Below, piece after piece: positions 28,327 through 37,622 of a stretch of 64,000 bases of DNA. The notes below the pieces were generated by a model, which saw only the letters and a list, made by a program, of their open reading frames with translations, searched no databases and was not told the origin of the DNA. This DNA comes from an uncultured Candidatus Kuenenia sp. (GTDB lineage: Bacteria > Planctomycetota > Planctomycetia > Pirellulales > UBA1268): the NCBI GenBank assembly GCA_964545915.1, contig CAZJHQ010000013.1, positions 1,572 to 65,571 of the forward strand, given 5' to 3'. Every line of letters begins with the position of its first letter. Positions within the stretch are counted from its first letter, which is position 1. Position numbers and translations under genes: made by a program.

Positions 28327-28559
28327 CAGCCGCCACTGCGGCTCGGGGGGCCGAGGCGTCGAGGGTGGCGTTTCGCACCGCCGTCAGCGGTGGTTGTGGC
28401 CCCCATCCGCAGCAACTCGCGCACCTGGCTTTTGCCCAGCCTGCCAAGGGTGATTATCCAGCGGATAAAACGCGTAATGCGGCAACGCGCTGCTTGGCTT
28501 TGCGTCGCAAGTCCTGCCGCGGCAAGATGATAGTTGCGGCACGAAGAAGTGGCCGCCGA

Positions 28560-28613
28560 GCGTTATCCAGCGGCAACCGAGTTTATACGGAACCGTAGAA
28601 TTACAAGTTAGGC
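28560..28613 (+). other. Putative attI site
   Basis: GTTAGGC (28607-28613) lies just before the first cassette ORF and is complementary to that cassette's R'' GCCTAAC. Nearby are the palindrome TACGGAACCGTA and the direct repeat TTATCCAGCGG. Confidence 0.7.
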
Positions 28614-28616
28614 GTC

Positions 28617-28910
28617 ATGAGCACTCCTGCCATTGAGATTCGTCCGTGGAGAGAGTGCCCGTTCACACGCGGCAGGCAGTATCGCGTCCGCCAGAGCTTC
28701 GCCGCATTGCGTGACTCCTTCACCGCCGGTGACATTCTCACCTTCGATTCCGACGCCTGGTCTCGATACGATGGCATTACTGGTTATTTTTTCCGACAAC
28801 CGTGCCGAGAGCGGCTGCGTGTGTGGGACATTGATGACGATGCAGACATCCAGATATGGAGAGAGCTTTTTGAGGAGCTGTCAGACACATTCACCCACAA
28901 CAACGCCTAA
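28617..28910 (+). CDS. Gene cassette 1: hypothetical protein (97 aa)
   Basis: The ORF fills the space between GTTAGGC and GCCTAAC; its stop lies inside the R'' box. Confidence 0.8.
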   Translation: MSTPAIEIRPWRECPFTRGRQYRVRQSFAALRDSFTAGDILTFDSDAWSRYDGITGYFFRQPCRERLRVWDIDDDADIQIWRELFEELSDTFTHNNA

Positions 28911-29245
28911 CCTTCTAAGGATTTGAGTTCGCGAAGCCGAACCTCAAATCCTCTGTTCAAGAAGCCCGGTGCCCCTGCGAGTGAGCCGCAGCGCTAGGGT
29001 AACGGTGGGCAGCGGAGCTGCCGCTAGAGTGTCACGGAGAGCGTGACGGCCGCCCGCTGGTGCTGATCGGCCTTGGCGACTGGGCTTTGAAGCCGTGCAG
29101 CGGGCTGACGGAGTGGTGTTGTGTGCGCGTCGCCGCGCACCGGCAGCGTTGAAAACCATGATGAGCGCGTACCGCGTCCGAGTCGCGACGAGCGCGATGA
29201 AAGACGGGAACGGTGATGACGGCGTGGCGCACTGGTGGCATCCGG

Positions 29246-30349
29246 TCAGCTCGTGTCGTGGATGGCAGAGGCGCGTTTGGGGAAGATGGCGACGACCCGC
29301 AGTTGTCCGCCGCACTCGCAGCAGCGTCGCGCCGGGAGGACGGGGGTGTCGGCAGCGGTCGTGGCGAGCAGCAGGAACTGTTCGCCGTTATTGAGCGTGA
29401 CGAGCCAGCGGACGGCTTCGATCGATATGGGGGCGTGTGCTCCCAGGAACCCGTAGTGCCGCACCTTCTGAAAGCCGCTTGGCAATACATGCTGAAGGAA
29501 GCGGCGGATGAACTCCATGGCATGGAGGGTCATCCTCCGCCAGCGGTTGGATCCGCTCCTGCGGTAGTAGAACGTGACCGTGTGGTCGTCGCAGGCGACG
29601 ATGCGGTGATCGCTGATGCCGACGCGGAACACGTAGGTCGCCAGATACTTCAGCGACATGCGGCCGTCGCCGACGGCTTTTGAGTGGACGACCCAGGCCC
29701 GTTTCCAGGCGGCCGGATCGACTTGCTCGAGCAGACCCGCCTTGCGGAGTTCCTCGCGGAACTTGGCCCGAAACAGGATCGACAACGCCTTGACCGGCAG
29801 GAAGAACGCCGGTCCGGAAGCGATCCAGGAGTTGCCATCAGCGGCGACGGCTCCGCCGGGCACGACGTAGTGGACGTGAGGGTGGTAGCCGAGGGTGCGA
29901 TCCCAGGTGTGGAGCACGCCGAAGAAGCCGGGCTGAGCGTCGCCGAGGAATCGCTTGTCGGCGGCGAGGGCCTGGATGGCCTTGCTCGACGCGTGGAAGA
30001 GAGCGGCGTAGACGGCGCGAGGGTTGCCCCGCGCCAGGCACCTCAGCTCGGAGGGCAGCGTGAACGTGAGCAGAAAATACGGGCAGGGCAGCAGGCGCGA
30101 AGTCTGTTTCTCGAGCCAGGCCCTGGTCTTCTCCTGCTGGCATGTCGGACAGTGCCGGTTGCCGCAGGATCGTCCCATGACATGGCTGCCGCCGCAGGTG
30201 GTGCAGGCGTACTGCACCTTCCCCAGCGCTCCGGTCCGGCAGGCACGGATGGCGCCGAGCACCTGGCGATGCAGGGGCGGCATCCGCGTGCCGAACCGGT
30301 CGAGATACTCCCCGCCATGCCGCCGCAGCACCTCGGCGACGGTCGGCAT
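29246..30349 (-). CDS. IS91-family Y2/HUH transposase with Zn-binding N-terminus
   Basis: CTTCG..SCGNRHCPTC, HTW..YHPHVH (HUH), YLATY (Y2) and FLQHVLP.GFQKVRHYG. Confidence 0.92.
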   Translation of the reverse strand: MPTVAEVLRRHGGEYLDRFGTRMPPLHRQVLGAIRACRTGALGKVQYACTTCGGSHVMGRSCGNRHCPTCQQEKTRAWLEKQTSRLLPCPYFLLTFTLPSELRCLARGNPRAVYAALFHASSKAIQALAADKRFLGDAQPGFFGVLHTWDRTLGYHPHVHYVVPGGAVAADGNSWIASGPAFFLPVKALSILFRAKFREELRKAGLLEQVDPAAWKRAWVVHSKAVGDGRMSLKYLATYVFRVGISDHRIVACDDHTVTFYYRRSGSNRWRRMTLHAMEFIRRFLQHVLPSGFQKVRHYGFLGAHAPISIEAVRWLVTLNNGEQFLLLATTAADTPVLPARRCCECGGQLRVVAIFPKRASAIHDTS

Positions 30350-30356
30350 GGCGCTA

Positions 30357-31235
30357 TTACTGCATGATCCGCTCGATGGCTTCGCGGGCGAGTTCCTGCC
30401 CGGTGGACGTGAGGTGCAGGTAGATCATGGTCGTCTGCAGGGAGCTGTGGCCCAGGTACTGCTGGATGAGCCGCAGGTTGACGCCCGCTTCGAGCAGATG
30501 GGTCGCGTAGCTGTGCCGCAGGGTGTGGACGCAGACTGACTTGCGGAAGCCGAGCTGCGCGACGACCTGCCGCATCGCCCCTTGCACGCTGCTGGCGGCC
30601 ATCGGGCTGGTCGCGGTGGACGCGTGTACGCGTCCCCGACCGAGGGCGGGAAACAAGAGCCGCGGATGGCGATGGGTGGCCCAATGCGCACGCAACGTCG
30701 CGAGCGTGCGGGCTGGCAGCGGGACGAACCGATCCTTGGCCCCCTTGCCACGGTGCACGTGGACGAGCATGCGGGCACTGTCGATGTCGCCCAGCTCCAG
30801 GGCCAGCCCTTCCTGAAGCCTCAGGCCTAGCGAGTAGACGGTCCAGAGGAAGGCACGGTTGTGCGGGGTGCGGACGGCGTCGAGCAGCCGATGCACCTCG
30901 TCGACGGTCAGCACGTCGGGCAGCGTCTTCTGCTTGGGGACGCGGAGCTTGAGGAGCGTGGCCCAGTCCCGCGGCACGCAGTGGGTGTAGAAGAACTTGA
31001 TGCCGCTGTGGGCGATCTTGAGGGCGCTGGGAGAGAACCGGCGGTCGTTCTTGAGGTACAGGAAGTAGTCGCGGACCTGCGGCTCGGTGAGCCGGTCCGG
31101 GCACTGGCGGTAGTGGTCCGCCAGCTTTCGCACGGCACGGACATAGGCTTCCTGGGTGCGTTCGCTGCGGCCTGCGAGCTGGAGGTCCTGGATCATCCGC
31201 TGACGCAGCGCGGTCGTGGGGCGAGGAGCGATCAT
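30357..31235 (-). CDS. Tyrosine recombinase (SAM-like N-terminus) carried by the IS91-like element
   Basis: YSLGLRLQE, GKGAKDR, HTLRHSYATHLL and LGHSSLQTTMIY. Confidence 0.92.
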   Translation of the reverse strand: MIAPRPTTALRQRMIQDLQLAGRSERTQEAYVRAVRKLADHYRQCPDRLTEPQVRDYFLYLKNDRRFSPSALKIAHSGIKFFYTHCVPRDWATLLKLRVPKQKTLPDVLTVDEVHRLLDAVRTPHNRAFLWTVYSLGLRLQEGLALELGDIDSARMLVHVHRGKGAKDRFVPLPARTLATLRAHWATHRHPRLLFPALGRGRVHASTATSPMAASSVQGAMRQVVAQLGFRKSVCVHTLRHSYATHLLEAGVNLRLIQQYLGHSSLQTTMIYLHLTSTGQELAREAIERIMQ

Positions 31236-31324
31236 CGTGAAAACCTTTCGCAAAGGAGGAAGAAAAACCCTTGCGAGCGACGATGATTGCGGCGATGGCA
31301 CGTGGCCACCGAGGCCGGTCACGC

Positions 31325-31353
31325 CTGAAAGGCCGGGGCGATCCGGCTACAAT
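31325..31353 (+). promoter_or_regulatory. Putative outward-facing sigma70 promoter at the terIS end (also at 34689-34717)
   Basis: CTGAAA-17 nt-TACAAT, pointing out of the element into the next cassette. Confidence 0.55.
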
Positions 31354-31389
31354 GAGCGGGCTGAAAGCAGCCTGCCGCGGAGCGGCTTA

Positions 31390-31478
31390 CTTGAACCACC
31401 CGATGCAATGGACTCGCGGCAGCGTCCAGCGGGATGGATAATTCCGTGGTCGCGAGCCATTGATCGGGGCCGTTCGCT
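31390..31478 (+). other. attC1 (R'' rebuilt from the IS end; original R'' GCCTAAC at 28905-28911)
   Basis: GAAC-caccc-GAT[G]CAATGG[A]CTCGCG...CGCGAGCCATTGATC..GTTCGCT forms an imperfect hairpin with two extrahelical bases. Confidence 0.85.
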
Positions 31479-31485
31479 CATAACC

Positions 31486-32253
31486 ATGACAACATTCGAT
31501 CCGCAGAACGCCTTTGAGCAGTCGCTGGAGAAGGCGGCAACCGATCCGTCGCATCGACCGCAGTTCTATCGGGACTTGACCGCTGCTGAGTTCTTCATTG
31601 TCCAGCCCACCCCTCCCGCAGGGCGCAGCGGGCGTCGCGTCACGGAAGCACAGGAATCCATCAAAGTCGGTCAAATCGAGTGGAACGGGAAGAGCTTTAT
31701 CCCAGTTTTCTCGTCTCTAAAGCGACTGGAAGCAGGGCTGACTGAACCGGCTGGGTTTCTGGCCATCAACGCGATGGAGTTCATGAAGATCACCAAGGGA
31801 GCAAACCTTCTGCTGAACCCTGGCGCGGCGTTCGGTAAGGAATTGCCCGCGGAGGAGATTTCATCGATTCTCGACGGAACGATATGGGAGCCATCGGAGC
31901 GTGTGGAGACGAAGGAGGAAGAACAAGTCCTGATCGGCCAGCCCGCGCGTTACCCTGAAGAATTGGTTGCCGCTCTAGCGCGCTATTTCAGTACCCGGAA
32001 GTCGGTGCGACGTGCATTCATCGCTATGTACTTCAACCCGAAGCGCGATGAGAAGCCCCACACACTTATCGCGATTGAAGTCACCGGCGAATGGGAGCCA
32101 GTGGTAGCAGGAGCGGGAATGATTGCTCGCGAAGTCTCTGTCCCCGACCCACCCGTCGACTTCATGCAGATTTCGGGAAGGGGTGGTATCGAGGAGCACT
32201 TCACAAAGGGCGGCCAGCCGTTCTATCGCCGTAAGTTTCTTGGGATGTTTTAG
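31486..32253 (+). CDS. sseB: Gene cassette 2: SseB-family protein (enhanced serine sensitivity)
   Basis: IPVFSSL..L, NPG..FGKEL..EEI and the C-terminal SseB_C-like VLIGQP..YP.EL. Flanked by GTTCGCT and AGCGAAC. Confidence 0.8.
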   Translation: MTTFDPQNAFEQSLEKAATDPSHRPQFYRDLTAAEFFIVQPTPPAGRSGRRVTEAQESIKVGQIEWNGKSFIPVFSSLKRLEAGLTEPAGFLAINAMEFMKITKGANLLLNPGAAFGKELPAEEISSILDGTIWEPSERVETKEEEQVLIGQPARYPEELVAALARYFSTRKSVRRAFIAMYFNPKRDEKPHTLIAIEVTGEWEPVVAGAGMIAREVSVPDPPVDFMQISGRGGIEEHFTKGGQPFYRRKFLGMF

Positions 32254-32609
32254 CCGAGTGCCAGGAAGAGCGAACCTTCTAAGGATTTGAGTTCGCGAAG
32301 CCGAACCTCAAATCCTCTGTTCAAGAAGCCCGGTGCCCCTGCGAGTGAGCCGCAGCGCTAGGGTAACGGTGGGCAGCGGAGCTGCCGCTAGAGTGTCACG
32401 GAGAGCGTGACGGCCGCCCGCTGGTGCTGATCGGCCTTGGCGACTGGGCTTTGAAGCCGTGCAGCGGGCTGACGGAGTGGTGTTGTGTGCGCGTCGCCGC
32501 GCACCGGCAGCGTTGAAAACCATGATGAGCGCGTACCGCGTCCGAGTCGCGACGAGCGCGATGAAAGACGGGAACGGTGATGACGGCGTGGCGCACTGGT
32601 GGCATCCGG

Positions 32610-33713
32610 TCAGCTCGTGTCGTGGATGGCAGAGGCGCGTTTGGGGAAGATGGCGACGACCCGCAGTTGTCCGCCGCACTCGCAGCAGCGTCGCGCCGGG
32701 AGGACGGGGGTGTCGGCAGCGGTCGTGGCGAGCAGCAGGAACTGTTCGCCGTTATTGAGCGTGACGAGCCAGCGGACGGCTTCGATCGATATGGGGGCGT
32801 GTGCTCCCAGGAACCCGTAGTGCCGCACCTTCTGAAAGCCGCTTGGCAATACATGCTGAAGGAAGCGGCGGATGAACTCCATGGCATGGAGGGTCATCCT
32901 CCGCCAGCGGTTGGATCCGCTCCTGCGGTAGTAGAACGTGACCGTGTGGTCGTCGCAGGCGACGATGCGGTGATCGCTGATGCCGACGCGGAACACGTAG
33001 GTCGCCAGATACTTCAGCGACATGCGGCCGTCGCCGACGGCTTTTGAGTGGACGACCCAGGCCCGTTTCCAGGCGGCCGGATCGACTTGCTCGAGCAGAC
33101 CCGCCTTGCGGAGTTCCTCGCGGAACTTGGCCCGAAACAGGATCGACAACGCCTTGACCGGCAGGAAGAACGCCGGTCCGGAAGCGATCCAGGAGTTGCC
33201 ATCAGCGGCGACGGCTCCGCCGGGCACGACGTAGTGGACGTGAGGGTGGTAGCCGAGGGTGCGATCCCAGGTGTGGAGCACGCCGAAGAAGCCGGGCTGA
33301 GCGTCGCCGAGGAATCGCTTGTCGGCGGCGAGGGCCTGGATGGCCTTGCTCGACGCGTGGAAGAGAGCGGCGTAGACGGCGCGAGGGTTGCCCCGCGCCA
33401 GGCACCTCAGCTCGGAGGGCAGCGTGAACGTGAGCAGAAAATACGGGCAGGGCAGCAGGCGCGAAGTCTGTTTCTCGAGCCAGGCCCTGGTCTTCTCCTG
33501 CTGGCATGTCGGACAGTGCCGGTTGCCGCAGGATCGTCCCATGACATGGCTGCCGCCGCAGGTGGTGCAGGCGTACTGCACCTTCCCCAGCGCTCCGGTC
33601 CGGCAGGCACGGATGGCGCCGAGCACCTGGCGATGCAGGGGCGGCATCCGCGTGCCGAACCGGTCGAGATACTCCCCGCCATGCCGCCGCAGCACCTCGG
33701 CGACGGTCGGCAT
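32610..33713 (-). CDS. IS91-family Y2/HUH transposase (copy 2)
   Basis: Identical protein to 29246-30349. Confidence 0.92.
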   Translation of the reverse strand: MPTVAEVLRRHGGEYLDRFGTRMPPLHRQVLGAIRACRTGALGKVQYACTTCGGSHVMGRSCGNRHCPTCQQEKTRAWLEKQTSRLLPCPYFLLTFTLPSELRCLARGNPRAVYAALFHASSKAIQALAADKRFLGDAQPGFFGVLHTWDRTLGYHPHVHYVVPGGAVAADGNSWIASGPAFFLPVKALSILFRAKFREELRKAGLLEQVDPAAWKRAWVVHSKAVGDGRMSLKYLATYVFRVGISDHRIVACDDHTVTFYYRRSGSNRWRRMTLHAMEFIRRFLQHVLPSGFQKVRHYGFLGAHAPISIEAVRWLVTLNNGEQFLLLATTAADTPVLPARRCCECGGQLRVVAIFPKRASAIHDTS

Positions 33714-33720
33714 GGCGCTA

Positions 33721-34599
33721 TTACTGCATGATCCGCTCGATGGCTTCGCGGGCGAGTTCCTGCCCGGTGGACGTGAGGTGCAGGTAGATCATGGTCGTCT
33801 GCAGGGAGCTGTGGCCCAGGTACTGCTGGATGAGCCGCAGGTTGACGCCCGCTTCGAGCAGATGGGTCGCGTAGCTGTGCCGCAGGGTGTGGACGCAGAC
33901 TGACTTGCGGAAGCCGAGCTGCGCGACGACCTGCCGCATCGCCCCTTGCACGCTGCTGGCGGCCATCGGGCTGGTCGCGGTGGACGCGTGTACGCGTCCC
34001 CGACCGAGGGCGGGAAACAAGAGCCGCGGATGGCGATGGGTGGCCCAATGCGCACGCAACGTCGCGAGCGTGCGGGCTGGCAGCGGGACGAACCGATCCT
34101 TGGCCCCCTTGCCACGGTGCACGTGGACGAGCATGCGGGCACTGTCGATGTCGCCCAGCTCCAGGGCCAGCCCTTCCTGAAGCCTCAGGCCTAGCGAGTA
34201 GACGGTCCAGAGGAAGGCACGGTTGTGCGGGGTGCGGACGGCGTCGAGCAGCCGATGCACCTCGTCGACGGTCAGCACGTCGGGCAGCGTCTTCTGCTTG
34301 GGGACGCGGAGCTTGAGGAGCGTGGCCCAGTCCCGCGGCACGCAGTGGGTGTAGAAGAACTTGATGCCGCTGTGGGCGATCTTGAGGGCGCTGGGAGAGA
34401 ACCGGCGGTCGTTCTTGAGGTACAGGAAGTAGTCGCGGACCTGCGGCTCGGTGAGCCGGTCCGGGCACTGGCGGTAGTGGTCCGCCAGCTTTCGCACGGC
34501 ACGGACATAGGCTTCCTGGGTGCGTTCGCTGCGGCCTGCGAGCTGGAGGTCCTGGATCATCCGCTGACGCAGCGCGGTCGTGGGGCGAGGAGCGATCAT
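33721..34599 (-). CDS. Tyrosine recombinase of the IS91-like element (copy 2)
   Basis: Identical protein to 30357-31235. Confidence 0.92.
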   Translation of the reverse strand: MIAPRPTTALRQRMIQDLQLAGRSERTQEAYVRAVRKLADHYRQCPDRLTEPQVRDYFLYLKNDRRFSPSALKIAHSGIKFFYTHCVPRDWATLLKLRVPKQKTLPDVLTVDEVHRLLDAVRTPHNRAFLWTVYSLGLRLQEGLALELGDIDSARMLVHVHRGKGAKDRFVPLPARTLATLRAHWATHRHPRLLFPALGRGRVHASTATSPMAASSVQGAMRQVVAQLGFRKSVCVHTLRHSYATHLLEAGVNLRLIQQYLGHSSLQTTMIYLHLTSTGQELAREAIERIMQ

Positions 34600-34753
34600 C
34601 GTGAAAACCTTTCGCAAAGGAGGAAGAAAAACCCTTGCGAGCGACGATGATTGCGGCGATGGCACGTGGCCACCGAGGCCGGTCACGCCTGAAAGGCCGG
34701 GGCGATCCGGCTACAATGAGCGGGCTGAAAGCAGCCTGCCGCGGAGCGGCTTA

Positions 34754-34841
34754 CTTGAACAAAGCGATGCAGCGGACTCGCGATAAAATCCGGCGGTGTG
34801 GTTCGTCCAAGGCTGCGAGCCGCTGATCGCGGCCGTTCGCA
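34754..34841 (+). other. attC2 (R'' rebuilt from the IS end; original R'' AGCGAAC at 32269-32275)
   Basis: GAAC-aaagc-GAT[G]CAGCGG[A]CTCGC...GCGAGCCGCTGATC..GTTCGCA. Confidence 0.85.
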
Positions 34842-34857
34842 GTTGCCGAGTTATTGC

Positions 34858-35286
34858 ATGCACTCCATCGCGACAATCATGCTCCTCATCGTCGCGGCCA
34901 TTCACGTGCTGCCCCTAATGGGAGCATTCGGTGAAAAGCATCTTTCCGGGCTGTACGGCATTTCTATCGCTGATCCGAACCTTGCCATATTGATGCGCCA
35001 CAGGGCGGTGCTCTTCGGCCTTCTCGGAGCATTTCTATTCGTCGCCGCTCTTGTTCCTCCCCTGCGACTCGCGGGCTTGGTTGCGGGTGCCGTCAGCGTG
35101 GGCTCATTCCTACTGCTTGCTTGGCACGTGGGTGGCTACAACGACCACCTGCGCAAAGTGTTTGCGACTGACGTGATTGCCGCTATGTGCCTCGCATGCG
35201 GACTGCTCGCCCATCTCGCGAACGGCAGTCTTGGCACAGCCAGCGTGTTGCCAGCCAATGTGCCCTCTGTGGTCGTCGAGGAGTAA
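34858..35286 (+). CDS. Gene cassette 3, ORF a: small multi-pass membrane protein
   Basis: Four hydrophobic segments and an LMRHRAVLFGLLG motif; starts just after GTTCGCA. Confidence 0.75.
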   Translation: MHSIATIMLLIVAAIHVLPLMGAFGEKHLSGLYGISIADPNLAILMRHRAVLFGLLGAFLFVAALVPPLRLAGLVAGAVSVGSFLLLAWHVGGYNDHLRKVFATDVIAAMCLACGLLAHLANGSLGTASVLPANVPSVVVEE

Positions 35287-35293
35287 CGCGACA

Positions 35294-35932
35294 ATGACTC
35301 CCCATGGACCACCATGCGGCGACGCCCCGACGGCGGAGGCTCCGCAGGCCGTGCCGACGAAAAAACGCATTCTCGCAATGCTCGCCAACCTTCGCGGGGA
35401 AGGTCTCGAACTCTGGCGACGCATGGAAGCGGAACGATTCTGGTCTCGGCACGATCGCAAGTGGTCGCCGGCAGACAATGTTCATCATCTCATGATCTCG
35501 ACGGCGCCGGTGACGCTGGCCTTGCGCATTCCGCGACTCATGCTTCGAGTATGCTTCGGTATGACACGCACGCCATCCCGAAACTGGGAGGCGTTGCGGT
35601 CTGCCTATCGTGACGGACTTGCGGCTGGGGCTACGGCTGGCCGCTATGCACCTCCTCGCAAAGCGGTTCCGGTCGAAGCGGCTGCCGACCAGGGTCGACT
35701 CGTCCTCCAGTGTGAGGGCACGGTTCTCAGGTTGGAGAAAGCAATTGAGCCCTGGCGCGAGCAGAATCTAGATCGCTATCGGCTGCCTCATCCTGTCTTG
35801 GGACGGGTGACGGTGCGGGAGATACTGATGTTCACGCTGTTTCACTTTGATCATCACCGCGAGATTGTGGCTCGGCGACTGGAAGCTTCCCGCCTGTCGG
35901 GTCTTGCCGAAAGGATTCCGACCAATGCTTGA
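35294..35932 (+). CDS. Gene cassette 3, ORF b: DinB-like protein
   Basis: WSPADNVHHL and HPVLGRVTVREILMFTLFHFDHH are a DinB_2-type His pattern. Followed by R'' TGCGAAC (35951-35957). Confidence 0.7.
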   Translation: MTPHGPPCGDAPTAEAPQAVPTKKRILAMLANLRGEGLELWRRMEAERFWSRHDRKWSPADNVHHLMISTAPVTLALRIPRLMLRVCFGMTRTPSRNWEALRSAYRDGLAAGATAGRYAPPRKAVPVEAAADQGRLVLQCEGTVLRLEKAIEPWREQNLDRYRLPHPVLGRVTVREILMFTLFHFDHHREIVARRLEASRLSGLAERIPTNA

Positions 35933-35958
35933 AGTCGTAGGGAAGCGCAATGCGAACC

Positions 35959-37524
35959 TCTCTATGGCCTCTGAAGTCAAGTAGGCGCACCGGTATCGTC
36001 GACCTCGAAACATTTTCATTTTTCCAGCCGATCTTCGGCTTTTTGTGTTTCGGGTTCGAGCGGGGCTGGCAGCGGGCCCTGACCGGTCGGCGACGCGGAA
36101 TCCTTCTTCATCGGGAGTCGGGCGTGCCAGGTGCGTCCTGACACGACCGCGCCAAACATCTCTCTGAGGCTCGGCCGCAGACCTGGGTGCCCGTGAGGTG
36201 TCACCCTGGGTGCGGTGCATGATCAGGCCTGTGTTCAGGCCCGGTCGCACGCAGGCGAGCCGCCGCCAGGCGGCGAGTCCTGCGTGAAGACCATGCGTCC
36301 TCGAAGTTCATCCGTTCGTTCCCAGCGGCTATTCAAAGCGTCGAGTGCGTGCTCGAGGCACGCCTCCGTTCAGGTCGGCTCGTGAGACCGGCGGTCGCGT
36401 GTGTATTGGGTCAGTGCTTCGTGCTCATCTCCCTGTGTGTGCTCGTGAATGGTGGCGGGCGCTGGCCGGTGGCTCTTCCAAGAAAGTGAGTCGGCGGTCT
36501 TCGGCACGGCACTGGGGCGGAAGGAGGTGGAGCCACAGGCTCCTCCTCCTTCGGGCGGTCAGGGGGGGTTCGTGTACCGTCTCTTCTGTAAATCACCGGT
36601 AGGGGCCTGACCGAGTCGAGCGTAGGAGACGAACTGCCCGATGTTCTCTAAGCGGTTCACGTCCCGGATCTCGTAGAGCATCACCAGCGACAGCACCTTG
36701 CCAACGCCGGTGATCGTCTGCAGCAGGTGCAGCCGCGCCGGGTCGTGCACCTTGGCGTGCTTGAGGACGTGGGTCTCGAGCCTGGCGATCGTCTCGTCGA
36801 GCTGCTTGATGACATCGATGTCGGCGTCCAGCATCACCTGCACGCTCGTGTCCTCGAAGGCGGACATGGCGATGCCCTCTCGCACTCTGTCCCGCCCCTT
36901 GCCGCTCGTGGTCGGCACGTTGTCCTGCGTGTGGGTGTTCTGCACGTGGGCGAGCAGTTCGGCCCGCCTGCGGACGAGCAGGGTCCGCCGCCGCAGCAGG
37001 TCGCGGGTGCCCCGCATCTCCTTGGGGTACACGTGCGCCAGTGGAAACGTGCCACCGCGCAGGAGCCTGGCGATCTTCTCGGAGTCGATGCGATCGTTCT
37101 TCGCCTTCCCGCCGTGGATCGCCTTCATGTACAGGGCGTGGCCGAGCACGAACTCGATTCCCTCCGCCCGGCACCAGTCGGCAAGCCAGTACCAGGAAAA
37201 CATGCACTCGGCCCCGACCACGAGGCTCGCCCGGTAGGGTGCCAGGGCCCGCTTCAGGGGATCGGGCTCGGCCCGCATGTTGCGGTGCAGGACGACGTTG
37301 CCTTGGTCGTCGAGGATGCAGACGTACATCTTGCTCGCGTGGAGATCGATGCCGCAGTAGAATCGCCGCTGTTCACGATAAAACCTCATCATGGCCCTCC
37401 TGCTGGTGCGTGACGGTGAGCCTCGTTGCCGACAACGCTTCGGCACAAATGACGCCGAGCCCCGAGCTCGTCACGGGTTTATAGGACTCCGTCGCCCCCA
37501 TGCAGGAGGCCATGATGAGCATCC
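35959..37524 (-). mobile_element. Defective IS110-family (IS1111-type) element inserted in attC3
   Basis: Subterminal inverted repeats ATGGCCTC (35964-35971) and GAGGCCAT (37506-37513), a long non-coding region 3' of tnp, and TTGACT near the right end. Confidence 0.8.
36559..37392 (-). pseudogene. IS110-family transposase, C-terminally truncated
   Basis: DEDD N-terminus (CGIDLH, VVGAE, KNDRIDS) and LLQTITGVG. It breaks at SYARL, where a foreign GQAPTGDLQ tail replaces the catalytic-Ser region. Confidence 0.8.
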
Positions 37525-37605
37525 AGGCGTTGGAGCAGACTCGCGATAGCGTCCTGCGGTATGGTGAGGTTGTTGGCTGCGAGCTGCTCAACTTTTTCGT
37601 TCCGT
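37525..37605 (+). other. attC3 remainder (R'' TGCGAAC separated by IS1111)
   Basis: aggc-GTT[G]GAGCAG[A]CTCGC...GCGAGCTGCTCAAC..GTTCCGT. Confidence 0.8.
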
Positions 37606-37622
37606 GAAATAAGTGACGCGTT

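Larger units (their letters stand above)
28912..31396 (-). mobile_element. IS91-like element (tyrosine recombinase + Y2 transposase), copy 1, inserted in attC1
   Basis: 2485 bp, identical to 32276-34760. oriIS hairpin AGGATTTGAG/CTCAAATCCT (28918-28952); terIS GTTCAAGTAAGCCGC..GCGGC on the minus strand. Confidence 0.9.
32276..34760 (-). mobile_element. IS91-like element, copy 2, inserted in attC2
   Basis: Identical to copy 1 at offset 3364, with different flanks (AGCGAAC | AAAGCGATGC). Confidence 0.9.

Noticed and set aside
28944-29523. 123-aa and 163-aa minus-strand ORFs in the IS91-like element (and copies at 32308-32887)
   Set aside because: They overlap the transposase or oriIS, lack an SD and have no recognisable motif.
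28912-34760. The identical IS copies as an assembly artefact
   Set aside because: Each copy has distinct flanks that rebuild a different attC with the correct cassette-specific R''/R' pairing. It is not formally excluded without reads.
36559-36607. Terminus of a third IS family at the transposase breakpoint
   Set aside because: The two versions (GGGTTCGTGTACC.. and GGGTTAGTGCAAC..) look end-like, but I could not find a partner end or assign a family.
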